Origin: Candidatus Helarchaeota ASGARD archaeon Hel_GB_B
GTDB lineage: Archaea > Asgardarchaeota > Lokiarchaeia > Helarchaeales > HEL-GB-B
Reading direction: 5' to 3'
Assembly: GCA_005191425.1 (NCBI GenBank)
Contig: SUPR01000092.1
Span: 1-13,798 of the forward strand
DNA: 13,798 nucleotides
The position numbers and the translations under genes are program-made. The notes under the pieces are model-generated. The model ran no database searches and was not told the DNA's origin. It saw only the letters and a program-made list of their open reading frames with translations. Of the stretch, positions 6,884 through 13,798 are shown piece by piece. Within the stretch, counting starts at the first letter, position 1. The number at the start of each line of letters is the position of its first letter.

Positions 6884-8806
6884 ATGAAATTGTTAGAACC
6901 AATTAAAGTTAAAGATATTGAGATAAGAAATAGAGTTGCCATGCCACCTATGGATACCCATCTTGGAAATACTGATGGTAGTGTTTCAGATAAAACTATT
7001 AAGTATTATAGGTTAAGAGCAAAAGGTGGAATTGGAATAATTTATGTTGAAGGTACAGCAATTCATCAGTTAGCAAAAGCTACTATGAAAATGATGAAAA
7101 TTGATTCAGATGATAAGATCGAAGGCTTTTCAAAACTTGCAAAAGTTATAAAAGATAATGGCGCTATTGCAATGATACAATTTATGCATGCTGGTTCTCA
7201 AACTTCTCAGTTATTTTTAGGCGATAGACCAGTTTCTCCTTCTGGAGTAAAGAATTCATTCTTACCTATGGAAAATCCTAGAGCATTAACTAAAGAAGAG
7301 ATAAAACAAATTATAAGTTATTATGGTGATGCTGCTATAAGAGCGGAAAAAGCTGGGTTTAATGGTATTGAAATTCACGCAGCTCATGGATATTTAATAA
7401 ATCAATTCTTATCTCCCAGACACAATAAAAGAACTGATGAATACGGTGGAAGTTTAGAAAATAGAATGCGATTTCTCATTGAAGTTTATGACGAAATTAA
7501 ATCTCGAATTAGTAATAATATGATAATTGGTATGAGAATTAACGGATCTGATTATGTAGAAGGTGGGTTTGATATTGAAGAAGCAAAAATAGTCGCCAAA
7601 ACAATGGAAAATAAGGGAATAGATATAATTAATGTATCTGCTTCCACTGATGAAACTCCTAATCATCTAATGATCCCATATATGACTTCTCCAAGGGGGG
7701 TACATACTAATTTATCAGCCGAAATTAAAAAAGTAATAAAAAAAGTACCTGTCATTGGTGTAGGACGAATTAATGACCCACAACTTGCTGAACAAATACT
7801 CCAAGAAAATAAAGCAGATATCGTTGCTTTAGGTCGTCAAAGTATCTGTGATCCTTATTTTGTAAAAAAGGTAAAGGAAAAAAGAGAGAAAGATATATTG
7901 AAATGTATTGCTTGTAATAATTGTATAAATTCTCTGGCACTGCAAAAAGAAATAAATTGTTCAATAAATCCAAATATCTTAGAATCAGATGAGGAAATTG
8001 AAAAAACTAAAAATCCAAAAAAGGTTTTAATAGTAGGTGCAGGGCCTGCTGGACTAACTGCAGCCAAATATGCTAAATTAAAAGGGCATGAAGTTGTAAT
8101 CATAGATAAGAATAATAAAATAGGTGGTACATTAAATCTAGCCAATAAAGCACCCTATAAAAATGAAATTAACAATATAATGAATTATTATAACTATAAA
8201 ATTAAAGATTTAAACATAGACTTGAGGTTAAATACTGTCCTTACTCCAAAAATTGTCGATGATATTCAACCAGATATTCTAATAATAGCGACAGGTAGTA
8301 AACCATTGATTCCAAAAATTAATGGATTAGAATCAATTGATTATAAAATATTTTCAGATGTCCTTGAAGATAAAGTTAAAGTAGGTAATAATGTGGTCGT
8401 AATTGGTGGCGGAATGGTCGGAATTGAATTATCTGAATTTCTAGTTTCAAAAAATAAAAAAGTGACAATTATTGAAAAAATGAATAAATTAGGTGCTAAT
8501 ATTGACCAAATGGTTAGTTTTGTTATAATGTACTATTTGCAACAAAATAAAAACATTGAAAAATTAATCAATGCTAATATTGTAAAGATTGATAAAAACA
8601 AAATCGTGGTAGAAATTAAAGGTAAATCTATAGATATTTCATATGATGATGTCGTTATATCTACTGGCATGGGGCCAAATTTACCAGACCTTACTGAAAT
8701 TAAGTCTAAAATTTCAGATATTAAGAAAATAGGTGATTGCAAAAAACCCAAAAAAATTGTTGATGCAGTAAGTGGCGCTTATAAATTAATAATGAAAATG
8801 TCTTAG
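6884..8806 (+). CDS. NADH:flavin oxidoreductase, OYE-like FMN domain + 4Fe-4S + FAD/NAD(P) domain (FadH / BaiCD / BaiH-like)
   Basis: RNRVAMPPM, EIHAAHGYLINQFLSP..NKRTDEYGGSLENR, Fe-S motif CIACNNC-x11-C, GAGPAG and GGGMVG Rossmann motifs, GDC near the C-terminus; 640 aa; 11 nt after the ECH stop. Confidence 0.92.
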   Translation: MKLLEPIKVKDIEIRNRVAMPPMDTHLGNTDGSVSDKTIKYYRLRAKGGIGIIYVEGTAIHQLAKATMKMMKIDSDDKIEGFSKLAKVIKDNGAIAMIQFMHAGSQTSQLFLGDRPVSPSGVKNSFLPMENPRALTKEEIKQIISYYGDAAIRAEKAGFNGIEIHAAHGYLINQFLSPRHNKRTDEYGGSLENRMRFLIEVYDEIKSRISNNMIIGMRINGSDYVEGGFDIEEAKIVAKTMENKGIDIINVSASTDETPNHLMIPYMTSPRGVHTNLSAEIKKVIKKVPVIGVGRINDPQLAEQILQENKADIVALGRQSICDPYFVKKVKEKREKDILKCIACNNCINSLALQKEINCSINPNILESDEEIEKTKNPKKVLIVGAGPAGLTAAKYAKLKGHEVVIIDKNNKIGGTLNLANKAPYKNEINNIMNYYNYKIKDLNIDLRLNTVLTPKIVDDIQPDILIIATGSKPLIPKINGLESIDYKIFSDVLEDKVKVGNNVVVIGGGMVGIELSEFLVSKNKKVTIIEKMNKLGANIDQMVSFVIMYYLQQNKNIEKLINANIVKIDKNKIVVEIKGKSIDISYDDVVISTGMGPNLPDLTEIKSKISDIKKIGDCKKPKKIVDAVSGAYKLIMKMS

Positions 8807-8824
8807 ATAATTCAATGATCTATC

Positions 8825-8838
8825 TTTTTTACTTTTTT
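8825..8838 (+). terminator. Oligo-T tracts after the ECH-flavoenzyme operon (archaeal-type terminator)
   Basis: T6-ac-T6 starting 19 nt after the TAG. Confidence 0.4.
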
Positions 8839-9023
8839 ATCTAAATTTATTCTATATCAATTAAATATTAAAATGAGAAATGCTTTATAATTCTCTAAAA
8901 TTAATTTTTTTGTTTATAATAATTTCATGATTAAAAAATATTTTTCAAAAATTTGAGTAGCATTTTTAAATGAATTTGATATAATGGGATTAGTATTTTT
9001 TTAAAAAATATGGATTTGATTAA

Positions 9024-10409
9024 ATGAAAGTATTATTGATATATCCTCCATTCCAACTAGGAGCTGGCATGGGTAAAGTAATGTGTAGTCCTCCACTTTC
9101 ATTACTTTCATTAGCAGGTGCTGCAGAAGACCATGATGTTGAAGTTTTAGACTTAAATACAGATTATTCATATGGAATTGATAAATTAGAACGTAGAATA
9201 CAAAAATATGATATGATTGGTTTAACTTGTATGTCTAATATGTATAAGATGGCCATTAATATTTGTAAACTGGCTAAACAGAACGATGTTCAAACGATTC
9301 TTGGAGGTTTTCATCCAACATTAGACCCTCATATTATTGAAGATTATAATTATTTTGATTATATTGTAAAAGGAGAAGGTGAATTCACTTTTAAAGAATT
9401 ATTAGATGGAAAACCTAAAAAAGAAATTCTTGGACTATCTTATAGAGATAATGGTAAAGTACACCACAATCCTGAACGTCCCTTCTTACAGAATTTAGAT
9501 GATTTGCCTTATCCAAAAAAAGATCTTCTGGATTACTCATCATATCATTATTTATGGGTTCCAGCAGATGTAGTTGAAGGATCTAGAGGCTGTCCGTTCA
9601 GTTGTAATTTTTGTTGCGTAACTAAATTTTACAATAGATTATATCGAGCAAAATCGCCTATGCGTGTATTAAGAGAATTATATCAGGTACCGCAGTCGCA
9701 AGATTTAGTTTTTTTTGTTGACGATAATTTTACATTAAATTATAAACGAGTATTAAAAATTTGTTCATTAATCCAAAAATCTCATCTTAATTCTAAGTTG
9801 CGTTTTGTCTGTCAAACCCGTGTAGACGATATCGCAGCTCATCCAGACATGGTTAGAGAAATGAAAAAAGCAGGTTTTATTTGTTTTTTTATGGGATTTG
9901 AAAGTTTTAAACAAAGTAGTTTAAATACAATGCAAAAAAGCTATAGTGTAGATAAAATCAAGAGCGCTATCAACATATGTAAAAAAAACAATATAATGGT
10001 ATTCGGGTCTTTTATAATTGGAAATATTGGCGAGACCTATGATGATGTTCTCTTTAATATAAAAATGATGAGCAAATTAGGTCTTGATTTTATGATGACA
10101 AATCCGCTAACCGCTTTTCCAAACACACCGCTTTTTTATGAAGCCAGAGAACACGGATGGATTGATAAAGATTTCAAATGGGAAGAATGGAATTTTGGTC
10201 CAATGATGAAAACACCTGATTTATCTATTGATGATATTAAAGAATTATTAGATTTAAGCTATGAATCATTTTACAAGAATCCAAAATGGCTGCTACTCGA
10301 TAAAATAAAAGGGATCAAAAATTTATTTTCACCTGATGCTGGATGGTTATTTAAACAACTCGGTAGTTTTTTCTCAAATGGTATTAGTAAATTCATTATG
10401 AAAATTTAA
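9024..10409 (+). CDS. B12-binding domain radical SAM protein (class B methyltransferase / BchE-like superfamily)
   Basis: N-terminal Rossmann-type cobalamin domain (VLLIYPP, PPLSL, LGGFHPT, GEGE), SRGCPFSCNFC (CxxxCxxC), DDNF, TRVD, GFES and FIIG. Confidence 0.92.
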   Translation: MKVLLIYPPFQLGAGMGKVMCSPPLSLLSLAGAAEDHDVEVLDLNTDYSYGIDKLERRIQKYDMIGLTCMSNMYKMAINICKLAKQNDVQTILGGFHPTLDPHIIEDYNYFDYIVKGEGEFTFKELLDGKPKKEILGLSYRDNGKVHHNPERPFLQNLDDLPYPKKDLLDYSSYHYLWVPADVVEGSRGCPFSCNFCCVTKFYNRLYRAKSPMRVLRELYQVPQSQDLVFFVDDNFTLNYKRVLKICSLIQKSHLNSKLRFVCQTRVDDIAAHPDMVREMKKAGFICFFMGFESFKQSSLNTMQKSYSVDKIKSAINICKKNNIMVFGSFIIGNIGETYDDVLFNIKMMSKLGLDFMMTNPLTAFPNTPLFYEAREHGWIDKDFKWEEWNFGPMMKTPDLSIDDIKELLDLSYESFYKNPKWLLLDKIKGIKNLFSPDAGWLFKQLGSFFSNGISKFIMKI

Positions 10410-10429
10410 AAAATTTTTATTATCAAATC

Positions 10430-10450
10430 TTTTTTTTCAATAATTTTTTT
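10430..10450 (+). terminator. Oligo-T tracts in the convergent radical SAM / gdhA gap
   Basis: T8 at 10430-10437 and T7 at 10444-10450 on +. A-tracts near 10548-10560 give T-tracts on - downstream of gdhA. Confidence 0.4.
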
Positions 10451-10577
10451 AGAGTTATAAAGCTATTATAGATCTATTTTTAGTAATAGAATGGCACTTT
10501 TTAAATTTATTTTGAATAATTTGTGTTAAAATAATGAAATATAAATGGAAAAAATAAAATACTCAATATTATTATGG

Positions 10578-11819
10578 TTATGGAAAAAGACCTCTCATTT
10601 TCATGGCATCAGCAACTCGGGATACTCCTAAAATGTAAGCTGCCATTCTGAGATTTGTATTATATTTTTTTGATATTTCCCAAACATCGTTAAAGCTTTT
10701 TTTTAATAGTCTTTTTAATTCACTTTGTACTCTCTCTAAATCCCAGAAAAATGAATGTAAGTCTTGAACCCATTCAAAATATGATACAATAACTCCACCT
10801 GCATTTGCAAGTATATCTGGGACTATTACTATGCCTTTTTTATTAAGGATATCATCTGCTGCAGAAACTGTTGGACCATTTGCACCTTCAATTATTACTT
10901 TAGCTTTAACATTAGGTGCAATTTTTTCAGTTATTTGACCTTCAATTGCTGCAGGGACAAGAAAATCACAATCTAATGTTAATAACTCCTCATTTGTAAT
11001 ATTTTTAGTTCCTTTGAAATTACTCACTCCTTTATTTCTTTTTGCATATTCAAATAATTCTTTGCAATTGATACCATCTGGATTATAAATGCCACCTTTT
11101 AAATCTGAAACTGCAATAACTTTGCCAACTTTTTCTTCGTATAATCTTAATGCAAAAGATGACCCAACATTTCCAAATCCTTGAATTGCTATAGTAGCAT
11201 TTTTTAAGTCAATATCTAACTTTTTTGCTATCTCTTCAAGTATAAAATATAGTCCAGTCCCAGTTGCAGTTTCTCTCCCAAGACTACCCCCCATTTCTAC
11301 TGGTTTACCTGTAACTACTCCTAATGTAGTAGCCCCGACATTCATAGAATATGTGTCCATTATCCAGCCCATTTCTCTTTTCGATGTATTTATATCTGGT
11401 GCAGGAATATCTTTTTCTGGCCCAATCAAATCTATTATAGCACTAGTATAGCGTCTTGTTAATCGTTCTATTTCATTTACCGATAATTCATTAGGATTGC
11501 ATGTAATACCTCCTTTTGCTCCACCAAGTGGTAAATTTACCACTGCACATTTCCAAGTCATTAACATTGCAAGAGCTCTAACTTCATCAAGTGTAACATT
11601 CGGATGAAATCTTAACCCACCTTTGCCTGGACCTCTTGCAGTATTGTGTTGGACTCTATAACCATCAAAAACCTTTATACTACCATCGTCCATCTTGATT
11701 GGTACGCTTACTATTAATGTTTTTGTACATTTTTTCAGTTGCTCATAAATTCCTTGTTCTAACTTAATTATTTCTGCTGATTTTGCTAACATTTTTTTTG
11801 CATTTTCATAAAAACTCAT
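10578..11819 (-). CDS. gdhA: Glutamate dehydrogenase (Glu/Leu/Phe/Val dehydrogenase family)
   Basis: GYRVQHNTARGPGKGGLRFHP, MTWKCA, GGAKGG, DIPAPD, TGKP..GGSLGR..ATG, QGFGNVG, EGANGP and PDILANAGGVIVSYFEWVQ. The start is moved to ATG 11819 (MSFYENA) because the track's GTG 11831 is part of the AGGTG SD. Confidence 0.97.
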   Translation of the reverse strand: MSFYENAKKMLAKSAEIIKLEQGIYEQLKKCTKTLIVSVPIKMDDGSIKVFDGYRVQHNTARGPGKGGLRFHPNVTLDEVRALAMLMTWKCAVVNLPLGGAKGGITCNPNELSVNEIERLTRRYTSAIIDLIGPEKDIPAPDINTSKREMGWIMDTYSMNVGATTLGVVTGKPVEMGGSLGRETATGTGLYFILEEIAKKLDIDLKNATIAIQGFGNVGSSFALRLYEEKVGKVIAVSDLKGGIYNPDGINCKELFEYAKRNKGVSNFKGTKNITNEELLTLDCDFLVPAAIEGQITEKIAPNVKAKVIIEGANGPTVSAADDILNKKGIVIVPDILANAGGVIVSYFEWVQDLHSFFWDLERVQSELKRLLKKSFNDVWEISKKYNTNLRMAAYILGVSRVADAMKMRGLFP

Positions 11820-12119
11820 TTTATTATGCACCTACTGTATTTGCAATTAATACAATTTTTATTTTTGATAAATATTTTGGGTAATAAAATCTAAAATTAA
11901 AATTCATATAATATTTTTAAATATAATTATATTTTTGCATTTATATTTTGGATAATATCTGGTCTATTATTTCCTCTTATCCCAATATATTTATTATTGA
12001 AAAATAATTTGAAATTTTTTGGTAAGACAAGGCGGGTAATTTACTATGGACTTGGAACAAATTTGGTCTTTTTTATTTTGACATATACAATAATATTTTT
12101 AATAACTGCATATTTTTAA

Positions 12120-13241
12120 TTAAGGTATTGGATATTTTTTATTTGATAATAAATTTATGTTTCCAATACTGACATTTTTCAGTCCATTTTCTTTTGCTAT
12201 TTTGAGACATCGATTTGCGTGTTCAATACTCGTACAGGGTAAGTCGTTCATTAAATAATGAGGATAAAATCCTAAAAGTCGGTACGGAATATTTGGATCA
12301 AGTCTTGAAATAAATTTTGTAATTTTATCTATTTCTTGTTCATCAATATATCCTGGAATTAAAAGAGTACTACCGATAAGTAATGGGACGTCGGGACGTT
12401 CATTAATTAATTTGCTTAGAATTTTAAAATTATTTAAAGTACGCTGATTTGAAACTCCACACAAGGCGATATTTAAGGATTCCGTGAAACTTTTTAAATC
12501 AATTTTAATATTTCCGCCACTTTTTAAAGCAATCTGTGCCATTTTAATCAGAATTTTTTCGTTTATATTACCGTTTGTTTCCCAGCAAATTCTAAGAATT
12601 TTGTTTTTCTTAGTAGCTCTTTTTAGGGCTATTCGAGATGTCAGTATAGAATGAATTATTTGTGAAGAAGGATCCCCACCAAAATAACAAATACAATTTA
12701 CTTTTTCATGAACTTTTGAAGCCAGTTCTTCTGCCGAAATTAATGGTCCTTCATTACTAAGATAATTTTTGAATTGCGAGTTTTGACAAAATAAGCAATC
12801 ATAAGTACAAGAACTATAAAATACTGCTAAATTATAATAACCATACTCTAGCCCTTTTTTAACTGAATATTTGGGAAAACCACAATCTGAGCCGCCAAGG
12901 CATACCCAATCACCTACGCAATTTGTAGGTAGTGGGTCATAATACCAGTTTAAAAGTCCCTTCTCAACCCCTGCTAAGCGTTTTAATTTTCCACCCCTAT
13001 TAGAAACTAGCCCACAATAGCTTTTTTGGTTCAAAACAATACATTTATTTTCACACCAATTACACTGAATACCACCTTGCTCGTTTGGCGGTTTATTGGG
13101 TAGCCCATATTTAGAACGTATCGAAGTATGAAGATTATTAGCTAAATTCATTGCAAATTCATTACTATTTGCTAAACATTCGTAACAAACGCCGAGATTC
13201 TTGGAAATTATGCCTGATTTTTTACATATCTTACATTCCAT
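12120..13241 (-). CDS. Radical SAM protein, PflA/COG1180-like (AmmeMemoRadiSam-enzyme-related), with Cys-rich N-terminal extension
   Basis: Canonical CTYDCLFC, GGDP, ETNG, IDLK and LIPGY motifs. N-terminal CKIC...CYEC, CNWCENKC...YCG and YYDPLPTNC..WVC. Confidence 0.85.
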   Translation of the reverse strand: MECKICKKSGIISKNLGVCYECLANSNEFAMNLANNLHTSIRSKYGLPNKPPNEQGGIQCNWCENKCIVLNQKSYCGLVSNRGGKLKRLAGVEKGLLNWYYDPLPTNCVGDWVCLGGSDCGFPKYSVKKGLEYGYYNLAVFYSSCTYDCLFCQNSQFKNYLSNEGPLISAEELASKVHEKVNCICYFGGDPSSQIIHSILTSRIALKRATKKNKILRICWETNGNINEKILIKMAQIALKSGGNIKIDLKSFTESLNIALCGVSNQRTLNNFKILSKLINERPDVPLLIGSTLLIPGYIDEQEIDKITKFISRLDPNIPYRLLGFYPHYLMNDLPCTSIEHANRCLKIAKENGLKNVSIGNINLLSNKKYPIP

Positions 13242-13535
13242 TTTCTATAACATGAATTATTTTTTCAAATTTATTTTTATTAAATTCGTTTGTTTCCAAA
13301 ATTATTACTTTTATATATCATGAAAAAATAGACCAATTAAATTTAATATTAAACAATAATTTAAGTTTAAATCATTGGATATTGTTTGTTTGTACATTAT
13401 TAATAATTATAAGATAAAAATTCTACTTTAGAAATAAAGTCACTGTAATTTTATTCTATTAAAATAATAAATTAGGATAAAAATCATTCGTAAATTAATA
13501 ATTTCTTTAGATATTTAAATCAAAAATAAATATCA

Positions 13536-13798
13536 TTAACGCCCAATCGATTTCTCAATAAGATGAAAAATTTCGTCTAAAAGAATCGGCTTAAAATGAA
13601 TAAGATTTAATGTATCGGGAAATTGTATATCACTGTCGATATTAATAAAAAATATCCCGACTTCATTTTCTTTAAGATCTTCTAGAATTTTATTAGAAAT
13701 ATAATTTTGTCTCTCTTGTAAAACTTCTTGGAATATTTTATAATCAATTTCCATAGCTTCAGGACTCGATATTGTATTCAACCACCCAACAAACTCAA
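13536..13798 (-). CDS. Hypothetical protein, C-terminal part only (5'-truncated by the window edge)
   Basis: The frame stays open to the window end (..EFVGWLNTISSPEAM..), so the track's TTG 13781 is an internal Leu. Globular-looking ending RQNYISNKILEDLKENEVGIFFI...QFP; stop TAA followed directly by TGA. Confidence 0.7.
   Translation of the reverse strand, partial: EFVGWLNTISSPEAMEIDYKIFQEVLQERQNYISNKILEDLKENEVGIFFINIDSDIQFPDTLNLIHFKPILLDEIFHLIEKSIGR

Noticed and set aside
7454-8751. Four antisense ORFs (7454..7666, 7770..7973, 7855..8145, 8533..8751)
   Set aside because: Shadows of the flavoenzyme gene; no independent coding signal.
11919-11934. 16-bp palindrome aaatataattatattt upstream of gdhA (a similar one at 5945-5960) as a transcription-factor site
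   Set aside because: Composed only of A/T in ~90% AT intergenic DNA, where such palindromes are expected by chance; the copies do not share a sequence.
12020-12070. Slightly GC-richer intergenic patch as a possible ncRNA
   Set aside because: No convincing stem-loops, C/D boxes or tRNA-like features.
1-13798. CRISPR arrays, IS elements/transposases, rRNA/tRNA genes, defence systems
   Set aside because: No regularly spaced DNA repeats, terminal inverted repeats, transposase/integrase motifs or structured GC-rich RNA segments were seen.

Overview
Very AT-rich (by eye roughly 25-30% GC) prokaryotic window, most consistent with an Asgard (Lokiarchaeia-like) archaeon. The basis is an IPGF + TM + basic-tail sorting signal, (A)GGTG(A)-type SD motifs, oligo-T terminators and the overall gene content; the taxon is an inference. 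(1) 1-2161: the three + strand ORFs of the track are one large, sequon-rich surface glycoprotein gene broken by a 1-nt frameshift (~438) and an in-frame TGA (1763-1765). Its reconstructed architecture is five or more ~110-aa repeats, a module ending in an HFS motif (ZU5/GAIN/Nup98-like autoproteolysis signature, hidden between the called ORFs), two DxDxDG Ca-binding repeats and a PGF/Loki-CTERM anchor. (2) 2573-4991: a tight four-gene operon of uncharacterised Cys-rich proteins (DUF2889-like x2, PHP, DUF169), the best candidate here for an undescribed system. (3) 5069-8806: a lysophospholipase/monoglyceride lipase divergent from an enoyl-CoA hydratase + OYE/FAD flavoenzyme pair. (4) A stand-alone B12-binding radical SAM gene, gdhA, a Cys-rich PflA/AmmeMemoRadiSam-like radical SAM gene and a truncated hypothetical CDS. 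No rRNA, tRNA, CRISPR array or mobile element was seen. Family assignments come from motif recognition, not database searches.
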